From an uncultured Chloroflexia bacterium (GTDB taxonomy: Bacteria; Chloroflexota; Limnocylindria; Limnocylindrales; CSP1-4), in NCBI GenBank assembly GCA_963833225.1, contig CAWHXD010000019.1, positions 832,001 through 896,000 of the forward strand: DNA of 64,000 bases, written 5' to 3'. The notes below the pieces were generated by a model, which did no database searches, was not told the origin of the DNA, and saw nothing but the letters and a program-made list of their open reading frames with translations. The position numbers were made by a program, and so were the translations under genes. Below, piece by piece: positions 1 through 11,852 of this stretch (the stretch's first letter is position 1; each line of letters starts with the position of its first letter).

Positions 1-805
1 CACCGAGGACCACGGCACCCAGGGCGATGCCCACGACCGGGAGCAGGTAGGCGACCATCGACGTGCGGGTCGCTCCCCATTGCTGGAGGATCGTGAAGTA
101 GGCGAGGTAGGCAAGCCCGGATCCGAGCGAGCCCAGCCACAGCACCGCGACGAAGGCCTCGGGCGCCGGTGAGACCGTCTCGAACGGGCGGTCCACGATC
201 AGCGCCAGCGGCACCGCGATCAACGCCGCGAACGAGACCTGGAACAGGGCCGGGACCATGGGTCGCAGGCCGTGCACGTTGCGCCGGGCGTACACGTTGC
301 CGATGCCGTAGCAGATCGACGATCCGATCATCATCAGCTCCCCGCTGAGATCCGAGTCGCCCAGGTTCACGAGGTCGGGTGCGACCAGCAGGATCACGCC
401 CGAGAACCCGAGCGCGAGGCCCGCGACCCGGGCGAGCGTGACGCGCTCGTCGGGGAGGAACAGCGGCGCCAGGACGATCACGGTCAGCGGCACCGTGGCG
501 TTGAGAATCGAGGCGAGGGAGGAGTCGATGGACTGCTCGCCGACCGTGATCAGGATGAACGGCATCACCACGTTCACGATGCTCATCACGAACAGGTGGA
601 GGTACTGCATCGGCCGCCGCGGCAGCTCCTGGCGGGCGACGGCGACCACGGAAGCGAGGAAGATCGCGCCGATCCCCAGGCGCCCCGCGATCAGGGTGAG
701 GGGTGGCAGGCTCCCCAGCCCGATCTTGATCCACAGGTACGAGGAGCCCCAGAAGAAGCCGAGGGCGAGGAACGGGATCCACACCCACGTCGTGCTCTTC
801 TGCAT
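1..805 (-). CDS. EamA/DMT family transporter (3' end runs off the window)
   Basis: Manual translation: MQKSTTWVWIPFLALGFFWGSSYLWIKIG...SSLASILNATVP...GATRTSMVAYLLPVVGIALG, typical DMT motifs. TATCAT -10 lies 6 nt before the ATG. Confidence 0.9.
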   Translation of the reverse strand, partial: MQKSTTWVWIPFLALGFFWGSSYLWIKIGLGSLPPLTLIAGRLGIGAIFLASVVAVARQELPRRPMQYLHLFVMSIVNVVMPFILITVGEQSIDSSLASILNATVPLTVIVLAPLFLPDERVTLARVAGLALGFSGVILLVAPDLVNLGDSDLSGELMMIGSSICYGIGNVYARRNVHGLRPMVPALFQVSFAALIAVPLALIVDRPFETVSPAPEAFVAVLWLGSLGSGLAYLAYFTILQQWGATRTSMVAYLLPVVGIALGAVVLG

Positions 806-871
806 CGCGGGATGATAGCCGCCGCCGGGCGACCCACGATGCGCCCCGGGCGAGGGTAGGCTTGGTGGCAC

Positions 872-2127
872 ATGTCCAACCCCGTCGCGGATCCCGACGC
901 AGCCGTCCTCGTCGGCGACCCGGCCGCACTGGCGCGCCGGCTGTGCGCCCTCTCGCCCGAGGCCGCCGCACGGCCCGACGCCGTCCGCGTCGTGCATGCG
1001 CCCGGGCGCGTGAACCTGATCGGGGAGCACACCGACTACAACGAGGGGTTCGTGCTCCCGGTCGCGATCGACCTCGGCATCTCGATCGCCCTGGTCCCCA
1101 CCGACGACGACCGCGTGGAGCTGACGCTGGCGGCGACCGGCGTGACCGGCGTGCTGAACGTCCGTGCGGTGGGGGAGCGACGGGACTCGTGGCTGGACTA
1201 CGTGGCCGGGATGGCCTGGTCGCTGGGTGAGTCGGGAGCTGGGCCGCGCGGGTTCCGCGGGCTGCTTGCCTCGGACCTGCCGCAGGCGGCCGGGCTGTCC
1301 TCGTCGGCGGCGATCCAGGTGGTGGCCGCCTGGGCGCTGTCCGGCGGTGCCCGTCCGCCGCTCGACCCGATGCGGCTGGTCCACGTGGTCCAGCGCTCGG
1401 AGAACGGCTACATCGGGCTCAACAACGGGATCATGGACCAGTTCGCGTCGATCTTTGGCGAGCGGGACCGGGCCCTGCTGCTCGATTGCCGGTCGCTCGA
1501 GCACCGGTCGGTGCCGCTGCCGCTGGACGAGGTCGCCCTGATCGCCATCCATTCCGGATCGCCGCGCAAGCTCGAGGCGTCGGCCTACAACGAGCGTCGC
1601 ACGCAGTGCGAGGCGGCGGTCATGGCGATCGCGGCGATCGAGCCCGGCGTGACCGCGCTGCGCGACGTCACGCCGGCGATGCTCGATGCGGTCCGCGCCC
1701 GGCTGGACCCGGTGGCCGCCCGAAGGGCCGGGCACGTCGTGGCCGAGAACCAGCGCGTGCTGGACGCCATCGCGGCCCTCGAGGCGCGCGACCTGGACGA
1801 GGTCGGGCGTCTGTTCTACGCGAGTCACGCATCGCTCCGCGACCTGTACGAGGTGAGCAGCCCGGAGCTCGACGCGCTGGTCGAGATTGCCAGGCCACGC
1901 CCGGCGTGGTCGGCGCGCGGCTGACCGGGGCGGGCTTCGGCGGCTGCACGATCAACCTCGTTCGCCGCGACGCGGTGGACGCATTGCGGGAGGCCGTGCT
2001 GCGCGATTACCCGGCGCGGACGGGCCTCACGCCGCGCGTGTTCCCGGTCGAGGCGAGCGAAGGGGCGCGAAGGCTTACTGAGGGGCGGTCAACGACGCCA
2101 GCGGCGTGGATCCGGGCGGGACCGTGA
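872..2127 (+). CDS. galK: Galactokinase (frameshift near 1895; exact stop uncertain)
   Basis: GRVNLIGEHTDYN, GLSSSAA and GIMDQF motifs in ORF 872..1924. The C-terminal GARLTGAGFGGC continues in the frame of ORF 1486..2127. Confidence 0.92.
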
Positions 2128-2137
2128 AGGCCCCGGG

Positions 2138-4380
2138 TCAGGCGCGATGGAGCTCGAACAACCGGGCCTCGAAGTCCGCCGCAGATAACCCGGATCCCCT
2201 CGTGCATCTGGATCCCGGCGACCCGCGGCTCGCGCGGCTCGATGCCCAGCCCCACGGCCATCAGCTCGTCTCCGGCCCGTTCGATCGTCCGGGGCCGCCA
2301 GGGTGTCGGACCATGCCGTGATCCGGTACCTGGCCGCCGGATCGAGGCCGCGCAGCCGGAGCCGGTTGCGCACGGGCAGCGGGTGGGACAGGACCCGGTA
2401 GTGGGCGACGATCGCGTGGCCCCCGTCACCGTCGACCACCATCCAGGCGGTCTCGTTGCCGCCGCCCTCGAACGGGCTCCGCAGACGCAGGAACCGCCCG
2501 CGCTGGAGCAGCTCGCGGTGCTCGACGTACCAGGACACCTGGTGGCGGACCTCGTCGTGCTCGGCCGGGCTCATCGCCGTGGGATCCAGCTCGTACCCGA
2601 ACACCCCGAACATCGCGACCGCGGCGCGCGTCGAGATGGGGACGACGCGACCCGTCTGGTGATTGGGCACGGCGGACACGTGGGCCGCCATCGACGACGC
2701 CGGGTATACCAGCGACGTTCCCCACTGGATGCGGAGCCGCTCGATGGCGTCGGTGTCGTCACTGGTCCAGGTCTGTGGGGCGTACGCCAGCATGCCGGGG
2801 TCGAACCGGCCGCCGCCGCTCGCGCACGACTCGAACAGGATGTCCGGGAACCGCTCGACCAGCCGCCGGTAGAGCTCGTAGACGCCGAGGATGTAGCGGT
2901 GGTGCAGCTCGTCCTGCCGGTCCGCGGGCAGTGACGGCGTCCACGGCTCGGTGATATTGCGGTTCATGTCCCATTTGACATAGTCGATGGGCGCGCTCGA
3001 GAGGACCGCGACCAGCGCGTCCGCCAGGTGGTCAACGACCTCCGGCCGGGCGAGGTCGAGGACCAGCTGCTGCCGGCCCTCCGTGCTTGGCCGGCCCGGC
3101 ACACCGATCGCCCAGTCCGGGTGGGCGCGGTACAGGTCGCTGTCGGGATTGACCATCTCGGGCTCGATCCACAGGCCGAACCGCAGCCCGAGCCCGTGGA
3201 GGTCGCGCGCAAGCGCCTCGAGCCCGCCGGGCAGCTTGCGCCGGTCCACCATCCAGTCGCCCAGCGACGAATCGTCGTTGTCGCGGCGGCCGAACCAGCC
3301 GTCGTCGAGCACGAACAGCTCGATCCCCAGCGCCTTCGCGCTGGCGGCCATGGCGACCAGGCGGTCATGGTCGAAGTCGTACCAGGTGCCCTCCCAGTTG
3401 TTGAGCACCACCGGGCGGGGCCGGTCGCGCCACCGACCGCGGACGAGCCGGGACCCGTACAGGCCGTGGAACGCCTCGCTCAGGCCGCCCAGGCCCTCTC
3501 CGGACCAAGCGAGGACGGCTTCCGGGGTGGTGAACGTGGCCCCCGGTTCCAGGCGCCAGGAGAACGCTTCCGGGTGGATGCCGATCCGCAGCCGTGCCGT
3601 CCGGAACGGCTCCACCTCCGCCTCTGCCAGGAAGTTGCCCGAGTAGACGAGGCTGATGCCGAGCGCCTCGCCGGCCTCTTCGGTCGTGTCCTCCCGGCGC
3701 AGGGCGAGGAACGGGTTGTGCTCCAGGCCCGACGCCCCCCGCAGGCTCCCCACCGACTGCCGGCCGGGGGCCAGCGGGCGGTCCTGGACGTGGCGCTCCC
3801 GCGCCCACGTCCCGCTGAGCGTCACCAGGCGCCAGTCGGCATCGGGGAGGTCCAATGAGGCGCTCATCGCGCAGCGCACGGTCAGCGATCCCGCGCCGCG
3901 GTTGGCGAGGATCATGGAGCGCGCCACGACCGGCCGGTCCGCGAACAGCGTGAGGCGCAGCGTGGCGCGCAGCCCGGTTGGCGCGTCGTCGAGGTCGATC
4001 TCGAGCGTCTCCGCCTCGCCGGGGTCCTCGACATACGTCGACGGCAATCCGGCGAGGTCCGGCTTGCCGGCAAGGACACGGTGGCCCGCGTAGCGGAGAT
4101 CGAGGACCGTCGAGCCGTCGGGCCCCTCCACGACCAGCGCCGGGATCCGCCAGTCGCCGACGCCGGGCGTCGGGACCTCCAGCGGGACGGGTTCGCCGAC
4201 GCGGTTGGAGAAGCCGGTGAACTCGCCCGGGCCCAGGTGGCGCAGCGAGCCGCCGGCCTCAAGCGGGGCGCCCGCGTGGAGGTGCCCCAGCCAGCCGTTC
4301 TCGAGCACCCGCAGCGCGTAGCTGACCCGCCCGTTGGCGAGATGCCACTCGCGAGCGTCCTCGTCCCAGTGGATCGTCAT
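2138..4380 (-). CDS. Alpha-galactosidase, GH36 (frameshifts near the 3' end)
   Basis: LNNWEG, LFVLDDGWFG, FGLWIEPEMV, YVKWDMNR, ESCASGGGRFD and WTSDDTD motifs. The C-terminal GDELMAVGL and DFEARLFELHRA* lie in other frames. Confidence 0.93.
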
Positions 4381-7300
4381 GCCGGAGCAGTCTCCATCGA
4401 GATCGTCCACGCCCAGCGATAGGTGCCCGGGCGGAGGACGTACGCCTCAAGGGTATCGGGCCCGCAGCTTGCGGTGCCCACGCCGCGGTGCGCGGCATCG
4501 AGCTGGATGATCGTCTCGGGGGAGGTCCGCAGCTCGGCGTCGTGGGTCGCCGCGTCGAGATCGGCGGCACGCAGGTGCGTGACCGAGACCTGTCGAGGCT
4601 GGTCGAGGTCGAGCCGGATCCCGCCGGCCGGCCCGCCGACGCGAAGCCACCGCGTATCTGCGTGTCCGCCGTTCTCCTGCGGTCGAAGGTAGCGCGTGCC
4701 CGCGGCGGTCACCGTCGACGTCCATCGACCCACCAGCCCGCCGCGCCGCCGGTCGGGGTACGTCTCGTGGGGCCCGCGCCCGAACCATTCGAGATCCTCG
4801 TGGCCGGCGGCGAGCTCCAGCACCGTCCCGACCCGAGGCAGGTCGTCGAGGACCGGGGGGATCTCGACGGTCTCCTCGATCCAAATCCGGCCGTCGGCGG
4901 CGACGGCCATCCGCTGGACATGCGGCACCACGATCCCGGTGGCCGTGGTCCACGTTGCCCGGACCGTCACTCCGTCCGCCTCCCGCTCGATCCCGTCGAG
5001 GCGACGGGACAGCGTGGACAGCCCCCAGCCGGCCCAGCGGGCCGCCATGCCGCCGATTCGGTCGTTGTCGGTGGGCGCCCGCCAGAGGGACAGGGCCGGC
5101 GGCGTCGTGAGCGCGGGGAGGAGGAGTCGCCCCTGTTCGTCCAGCACGACGTCGCCGGTCCAGCCCGCCGCCGTCGCGGTGGCGGTGCCGGGCATGGTTG
5201 CCGTATCCAGCGGCACCTGTGCCCAGCCCATCTCGTGGTTCGCCGGCGCCCATGCGGTCGCGCCGGCGGTGAGGAAGCGAAGCGTGAGCCAACGTTCGCC
5301 GGCGCCCTCCGGTGGCAGGCGCCAGCCGGGGATCGCGACCTCGGCCCGGTCACCCGGGGCGATCCGCGGCAGCGGCAGGTCGCCGCGGGCAACCGGATCG
5401 CCATCGACGGTGGTCTCCCAGGTGGCGCGCAGCCACGTGGCGTCGCGGAACTCGCCCCGGTTCTCGATCGTGACCCGTCCTTCGCGCGCGGCGTTGATGG
5501 CCGCGTCGTCATGCATCGCCCGGACCGGCGCCGCGAGATGCCTGTGCTCGAAGATCGCGGGCTTTGGGCTCCGGTCCGGGAACACCATGCCGTCGAGGAC
5601 GAACGTGCCGTCGTTGGGCACGTCGCCGAAGTCGCCGCCGTACGCGGCCCGCACCGTCCCGTCGGGCAGCCGCTGGTCCAGGCCGTGGTCGCGCCACTCC
5701 CAGATGAACCCGCCCTGGAGCCCGGGCGTTGCCTCGATCGCGTCCCAGTACTCGGCCAGCGTGCCGTTGCTGTTGCCCATCGCGTGGCTGAACTCACACA
5801 TGATGAGCGGGTGCCGCTGGAGGCCCGGAACGGGCGTGCGCGACGATCGCCGAGATCGGTGGATACATCGGGCACACGACGTCGCTCGCCGTCTGGGGGC
5901 TGCCCCAGTCGAACCGGATCGCGCCCTCGTAGTGGAGCGGACGCGACGGGTCAGCCCGGCGGGCCCAGCCCGCGGCCGCGTCGTGGTTGGCCCCGTACCC
6001 GGACTCGTTGCCCAGGGACCAGGCGATGATCGAGGCGTGGTGCCGATCGCGCTCGATCATGCGCGCGACCCGGTCCACGAACGCCGCCCGGTAGCGCGGG
6101 TCGTGGCACACGTCGTCGTACCAGCCGTGCGACTCGATGTCCGCCTCGTCGACGACGTACAGCCCCAGCTCGTCACACACGTCGAGCAGGGATGGATCAT
6201 TCGGGTAGTGCGAGGTGCGCAGGGCGTTGAACCCCCACCGCTTCATCGCGATCACGTCGTCGCGCATGTCCCGGGCGGCGATGACCCGGCCTGTTCGCCG
6301 GTCGAAGTCGTGGCGGTTGACGCCGCGGATCAGCACCGCCCGCCCGTTGACGAGCAGCTCGACGCCGCGAACCTCGACCCTGCGGAACCCGATCCGTCGC
6401 TCGACCCGCTCGACGGCCGCGCCGTCCGGCGCACGGAGCACGACGCTCAGCGTCCGCAGGGCGGGCACCTCCGCCGACCACGGCGTGACACCCGGGACGC
6501 GCGTGGCAAGCTGGACCCGCCCGATCCTGGGCGGCCTGACGACGGGCTCGGCGTCCGCCCAGCGCGCCCGATCGTCAGCATCATCGAGGGCGCCGGCCGC
6601 ATTGAGGCTGACCAGGTCGAGGACGCCGCGCCTGGGCGGCCCCGGCACCACGAACGCGCCCGGGCCGCGATCCGCCGTCGGTGCATCGGGCGCGATCGCG
6701 CCGAGCGGCTCCGCGGCACCCTCGATCGTCGCCTCGACGCGCCAACCGGGCCCCGGTGTCTCACCATCGGGCCAGCCCAGTGCGACCTCGAGCTCCAGGG
6801 TCCCGGTCGAGAGGTCCTCGTCCAGACCGGCATCGATCCGGAGCCCGGCCAGGTGAACGAGCCCGGTCGCGTACAGGAATACGGAGCGCGTGATCCCGCC
6901 GTGCCACCACTGGTCCTGGTCCTCGATGAACGAGGCATCCGACCACTTGATGACGGTCAGCCGGAGGTCGTTGGCGCCCGTCCGCAGCAGGCCGGTGATC
7001 TCGAACTCGGCGGCCAGGTGCGAGTCCTTGCTGACGCCGACCTCGACCCCATTGACGTGCGCGATGAGCACGCTCTCCGCGGCACCCACGTGGAGCACGA
7101 TCCGGCGGCCCGTCCACGCGGCCGGCAGCTCGAACGAGCGCTCGTAGACGCCGGTCGGGTTCGCCTCCGGTGTCGCCGGCGGCCGGTCCGGGAACGGCAT
7201 CTGGACGTTGGTGTAGATCGGGTGGTCCCAGGTGTCCTGCATCGTCCAGCAGCCCGGGACCTCGATGTCGCGCCATGCCGCCTCAGCCGGGTCGGCGTCC

Positions 7301-7455
7301 GGCGTGTGAAGCAGCTGGAACCGCCAGGTCCCGTCGAGCTCGAGCCGGTCGAGGTGGGGGACGGCATGCATCGGCAGCCGGCCACGGGCGATCAGCTCGG
7401 GGTCGGCCCACGGCCTGGGCATCGACAGAGGCTTGGTCATGCTGGCTCCGGTCAT
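4377..7455 (-). CDS. Beta-galactosidase, GH2 LacZ-type (split by a frameshift near 5820)
   Basis: GVNRHD, RTSHYP and WSLGNESG in 5794..7455. MCEFSHAMGNS, GGFIWEW and the Bgal small domain in 4377..5801. Confidence 0.92.
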
Positions 7456-7467
7456 GTCCGCGGTCGC

Positions 7468-8376
7468 TCAGCCCTTGGTCGCACCCAATGCCAGGCCACG
7501 CACGAACTGTTTCTGGAGGGCGACGAACACCAGGATCGTCGGGATCGCCACTAGCAGCGACCCGGCGGCAAGCAGGTTGTTGTCGGCGAAGAACTGGCCC
7601 TGGAGATTGTTGAGGGCCGACGTGATGGGCCGGCGGTCCCCCGACTTCATGAGCATCACCGCCCAGAAGAAGTCGTTGTAGATGAACGTGAACTCGAGCG
7701 TGGCCAGGGCGGCAAGCGCCGGGCGACACAGCGGCAGGATCACCCGCCGGTACATCGTCCACACCCCGGCCCCGTCGACGACCGCCGCCTCGGTGAGCTC
7801 GTGCGAGATCGTGCGCATGTAGTTGCCCAGCACGAAGATGCAGAACCCCATCTGGAACACGACGTGGATCAGGATGATCCCGACGTACTGGTCGTACAGC
7901 AGGCCGTTATCGCTCAGCGGGGCCGGGATCCCCTTGATCGTCTTGTAGATCCAGAACAGCGGGATGATGATCACCTGCGGCGGCAGCAGGTTGCCGGCCG
8001 TGAACAGCATCAGCAGACCCAGGTTGAACCGGAACCGGAACCGCGTCAGCGCGAACGCCACCATCGAGGCGACGAACAGGGTCAGGACGAGCGCGGGGAT
8101 CGTCACGATCAGCGTGTTCAGGTAGTAGTGCGGCAGCTCGGCCTGGTTCCAGGCCCGGACGAAGTTGTCGATGTTGAGCGTGGTCGGGAGCGAGACGTAG
8201 CCGTTCGCCTGAGTGTCGGCATAGGGCCGAAGGGCCGTGTAGATCGCCCACCCGAGCGGGAAGAACCACAGGATGGCCATCGAGATGAGGAACGCGTGCG
8301 TGGCCAAGCGCCCCCATCGGATGCCCCGCTTGGGACGAGCCCGGAGCTGCCTGGTCTCGGCCGCGGCCGCGCTCAC
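7468..8376 (-). CDS. Carbohydrate ABC transporter permease (MalG-like)
   Basis: EAA loop ELTEAAVVDGAG; multiple TM helices. Confidence 0.93.
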   Translation of the reverse strand: MSAAAAETRQLRARPKRGIRWGRLATHAFLISMAILWFFPLGWAIYTALRPYADTQANGYVSLPTTLNIDNFVRAWNQAELPHYYLNTLIVTIPALVLTLFVASMVAFALTRFRFRFNLGLLMLFTAGNLLPPQVIIIPLFWIYKTIKGIPAPLSDNGLLYDQYVGIILIHVVFQMGFCIFVLGNYMRTISHELTEAAVVDGAGVWTMYRRVILPLCRPALAALATLEFTFIYNDFFWAVMLMKSGDRRPITSALNNLQGQFFADNNLLAAGSLLVAIPTILVFVALQKQFVRGLALGATKG

Positions 8377-9341
8377 CGCGATTGCTCCCGCATCGTCCGG
8401 TTGAGGAAGACGAGGATCGGGCCGAGCGAGATGACCAGCAGCACGACGGCGATCGCCGATCCAAAGCCCACCCGGTTGGACTCGCTGACGGCGTTGTTCG
8501 TGATCAGGGTCGACAACAGCTCCAGCCCGCCCTTGCCGCGGTTGAGGACGTACACGAGGTCGAAGGCGCGGAACGACTCGATGATGGTCACGACCACCAC
8601 CACGATGTTGATCGGGGCCATCACCGGGAACACGACGCGCCGGAAGATCTGACGCTCGTTGGCGCCGTCGACCTTGGCCGCCTCGCGCAGGGTTGGGTCG
8701 ACGCCCTTGAGCCCCGCCAGGTACAGGATCATGACGTAGCCCGCGTGGCGCCAGCAGGCGGCCACGATGACGGCCCAGATGTTGATGTTCGGATCGCCCA
8801 GCCAGAAGATCTGCGTGCCGGGCTGCGACCGCCCCAGGATGTTGTTGATGAAGCCCTGCTCAGGTGCGTACTGGAGCACCCAGATGAAGCCGATGATCGC
8901 GAGCGACAGGACCACCGGCAGGTAGAGCACGCTCTGGTAGATCCGGGTGCCCCGGAGCTCCCGGTCCAGCAGCACCGCGAACAGCATGCCGATCGGGGTT
9001 GCGATGAACATCAGCGACCCCAGCCAGAGCAGGTTGTGGGTGAGGGCCGGCCAGAAGAACGGGTACTTGGTGAACAGGTTCTGGTAGTTGGTCAGCCCGA
9101 TCACGTTGTCGCCGGTCAGGCCGCCGATCCCGGTCCAGTTCGTGAACGACAGGCCAACCGAGGCGATCGTCGTGCCCCAGATGAGGACCAGGTCGAACAG
9201 CAGCGGGATGCCGATCATCAGCGCCAGGACCATCTTGTCCCGGCGCGTCAGCAGGCTGTAGCGCCGCCGGACGCGCGACGCCCCCGCTCCCCGGCTAGAA
9301 GCCGGCGGGACGGGGGCGACGTGATCGGCCTGTGAGGTCAC
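8373..9341 (-). CDS. Carbohydrate ABC transporter permease (MalF-like)
   Basis: EAA loop LREAAKVDGAN; FRAFDLVY motif. Confidence 0.93.
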   Translation of the reverse strand: MTSQADHVAPVPPASSRGAGASRVRRRYSLLTRRDKMVLALMIGIPLLFDLVLIWGTTIASVGLSFTNWTGIGGLTGDNVIGLTNYQNLFTKYPFFWPALTHNLLWLGSLMFIATPIGMLFAVLLDRELRGTRIYQSVLYLPVVLSLAIIGFIWVLQYAPEQGFINNILGRSQPGTQIFWLGDPNINIWAVIVAACWRHAGYVMILYLAGLKGVDPTLREAAKVDGANERQIFRRVVFPVMAPINIVVVVVTIIESFRAFDLVYVLNRGKGGLELLSTLITNNAVSESNRVGFGSAIAVVLLVISLGPILVFLNRTMREQSR

Positions 9342-9377
9342 GGTCTCGACAGTCTAGCGAGGCCGTCGAGCCAGGTT

Positions 9378-10772
9378 CTAGAGGGTGTCCCAGAAGTCCT
9401 GGATCTTCTGCATGAAGGCATCCAGGTCCTGGGACGGGTTGTTGATGAAGTCGATCAGGAACCCCTGCATCCCGTTCGGGCCCGCGAAGTTCGGGTTGGT
9501 ATCCCGATCGAGGAACTGGGTGATTCGCTGGGCGCCGCCGATCAGCTCGGCGGCCTTCTTCTGGAGGCTGTTGTAGGTGCTGGTGTCGGCGTCCAGGGCA
9601 GCGGCGATGTTGCCCGGGTTCGCCGTCGTGTAGATGATCTGGGTGCTGCCCTGGGACAGGAACTCCATGAACGCCTTGGCACCGTCGATGTCATCGGCGA
9701 GTGTTGGCGCGTTCTTGGCGACCATGAACCCGTCGATCGGGGCGTCGAGGGCCTTCTCCGCGTCGTACTGGGTGCCGAAGTTCGGGTACGGGAAGAAGTC
9801 GAGGTCTGCAAGGTCCTCGTTGGCGGCCACGAACTGCTCGGACACGAACATGCCCAACAGGTACATGCCGGCCTTCTTCTGGACCAGTGCCTGCGCCGCG
9901 TCCTGCCACGTTCGGCCAGCCGCGCCCTCCTGGTAGTAGGGGAGCAGGTCCTTCCAGACCGTGAACACCTGCTTGGTTCGATCGTCCGTCCACTTCTCCT
10001 TGCCGGCCATCAGGCCGACGTGGAAGTCGTAGCCGTTCTGACGCAGGTTGATGATGTCGAACGTGCCCATCGCCGGCCAGCCGTCGCTGTCGCCGAAGGC
10101 CATCGGGATCAGCCCATCGGCCTGCATCTTCTGGGCCAGCGTCTTGAACTCGTCGATCGTCGTCGGGATCGTGTAGCCCTTGTCCGCGAACAGGCTCTTC
10201 CGGTAGAAGACGGCCCACGGGTAGTTGTAGATGGGGATGAAGTACTGCTTCCCGTCGTCGCCGGTCGATCCGACCTTGAACGCCTCGGAGTAGTTGGAGC
10301 CCACGGTCGACCAGACATCGCTGATGTCCTCGGCGAGGCCCTGCGCGGCGAAGAAGCGCATCCGGAAGCCGGAGAACCAGGTGAACACGTCGTCTGGTGT
10401 CGCCTGGAGGTAGTTGCTGATCTGGTCCTGGAACGTGCCGTGGTCGGTGGTGTTGACCTTGACCGTGACCCCGGTGGCCGCGGTGAACGCATCGACCATC
10501 TGCTGGAAGGCGTTCTTGGGAACCTCGTCGGAGTAGTTCGACCCGACGGTGATGCTCCCGCCGACGGGCGCCATCGACTCGGGCGCCATCGACTCGGGCG
10601 CCATCGACTCGGGCGCCATCGACTCCGGCGCGGTGCTGGACGCCGGCGACGGCGACGCCGACGGGCCGCACGCGGCGAGAAACGCGGAGACGCCACCGAG
10701 CGCCGCGACGGCGGCGCCACCCTTGAGAACCTGCCGTCGGGACACAGGGGGCAGGCCGTCGAGATCAGCCAT
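9378..10772 (-). CDS. Sugar ABC transporter substrate-binding lipoprotein, Tat signal
   Basis: SRRQVLK twin-arginine motif, LAAC lipobox, SBP_bac_1-like body. GAGGAGG RBS lies upstream of the ATG at 10772. Confidence 0.92.
   Translation of the reverse strand: MADLDGLPPVSRRQVLKGGAAVAALGGVSAFLAACGPSASPSPASSTAPESMAPESMAPESMAPESMAPVGGSITVGSNYSDEVPKNAFQQMVDAFTAATGVTVKVNTTDHGTFQDQISNYLQATPDDVFTWFSGFRMRFFAAQGLAEDISDVWSTVGSNYSEAFKVGSTGDDGKQYFIPIYNYPWAVFYRKSLFADKGYTIPTTIDEFKTLAQKMQADGLIPMAFGDSDGWPAMGTFDIINLRQNGYDFHVGLMAGKEKWTDDRTKQVFTVWKDLLPYYQEGAAGRTWQDAAQALVQKKAGMYLLGMFVSEQFVAANEDLADLDFFPYPNFGTQYDAEKALDAPIDGFMVAKNAPTLADDIDGAKAFMEFLSQGSTQIIYTTANPGNIAAALDADTSTYNSLQKKAAELIGGAQRITQFLDRDTNPNFAGPNGMQGFLIDFINNPSQDLDAFMQKIQDFWDTL
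10566..10625. repeat. 15-bp coding tandem repeat, 4 exact copies (ESMAP linker)
   Basis: GGGCGCCATCGACTC at 10566, 10581, 10596 and 10611. Confidence 0.95.
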
Positions 10773-10830
10773 GCTGAAATCCTCCTCAATGACCGTCCCG
10801 CGAGGCATCGGCGGCTCAGGTCACGGTGCG

Positions 10831-10859
10831 ATTGTTACGACCCTGCTGGCCAATGTCAA
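10831..10859 (-). promoter_or_regulatory. Sigma70-type promoter of the sugar ABC / galactosidase operon
   Basis: TTGACA-N17-AACAAT on the minus strand. Confidence 0.7.
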
Positions 10860-10861
10860 GG

Positions 10862-10889
10862 CATTCGCGCGCATTCGAACGAACATTCG
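10862..10889. promoter_or_regulatory. Candidate DeoR-family operator (three CATTCG direct repeats)
   Basis: CATTCG at 10862, 10872 and 10884, abutting the -35 box, between the divergent SBP and DeoR genes. Confidence 0.55.
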
Positions 10890-11000
10890 TGTGCGATTGC
10901 GTTGACTTCCTGCAGGGACACGAGCGAAGATTACGTGCACCGCCGTACTGGCGGCGGCCCGCCGGCCGTACGGCGTCAGGTCATCTGGGAGCGCAGGAAG

Positions 11001-11852
11001 ATGCTCGCCCGACAGCGTCAGGCACTCATCCTCGAACGCGTGCGCGAGACCGGGGCCGTCCGGGTCGCGGAGCTCGCGCACGACCTGTCCGTGTCCGACA
11101 TGACCGTTCGGCGAGATCTCGAGGTGCTCCACGATCGGGGTCTGGTGGAGAAGGTCCATGGTGGGGCCACCGCGCTGTCTGGGCTCGCCTCCTATGAGCC
11201 GGGGTTCGTGGCCAAGTCCTCGCTCCAGCAGACGGAGAAGGCAGCCATCGCGGCGGCTGCTGCCGACCTGGTCGAGCCCGGCATGGCGATTGCCATCTCG
11301 GCGGGCACCACGACACACGTGCTCGCGGCGAAGGTCGCCGAGACCCCGGGAGTCACCGTCGTCACCAACTCGGTGCGGGTGGCCGAGGTGCTGTACCGAT
11401 CCGGCCGTCGCGATCAGACGGTGATCCTCACCGGTGGCGTTCGAACGCGGTCCGAAGCACTGGTCGGCCCATTCGCGGTGTCCCAGCTCCGTTCGGTCCA
11501 CGTGGACTTGGTGTTCATGGGGGTACACGGCATGGACGCGCGTGCGGGGTTCACCTGCCCGAACCTGAACGAGGCCGAGACGGACCGGGCCATGATCGAA
11601 GCCGGCCGGCGCCTGGTCGTGATGGCCGACCACAGCAAGTGGGGGGTCATCGGCATCGCCTCCATCGCACGTCTGGACCAGGCCGATGTGCTGATCACGG
11701 ACGCGGGGCTCGAGCGGGACGCCCAGCGGCAGCTCGGCGAGGCCGTCCGCGAACTGGTCCTGGTGGAGTCGCCGACCACCGACGGCGACGGGCAGCCCGT
11801 GCTCATCGGTGTCGAGGTCGAGGACATCGGGAGACCCGGTCGTGCGCACTGA
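11001..11852 (+). CDS. DeoR/GlpR family transcriptional regulator
   Basis: MLARQRQALILE...VSDMTVRRDL HTH; AGTTT, VVTNS and DHSKW sensor motifs. Confidence 0.93.
   Translation: MLARQRQALILERVRETGAVRVAELAHDLSVSDMTVRRDLEVLHDRGLVEKVHGGATALSGLASYEPGFVAKSSLQQTEKAAIAAAAADLVEPGMAIAISAGTTTHVLAAKVAETPGVTVVTNSVRVAEVLYRSGRRDQTVILTGGVRTRSEALVGPFAVSQLRSVHVDLVFMGVHGMDARAGFTCPNLNEAETDRAMIEAGRRLVVMADHSKWGVIGIASIARLDQADVLITDAGLERDAQRQLGEAVRELVLVESPTTDGDGQPVLIGVEVEDIGRPGRAH

Noticed and set aside
10876-10889. CGAACGAACATTCG as a LexA box (GAAC-N4-GTTC)
   Set aside because: It mismatches at a conserved position, sits in a sugar-operon context, and is better explained by the CATTCG repeats.
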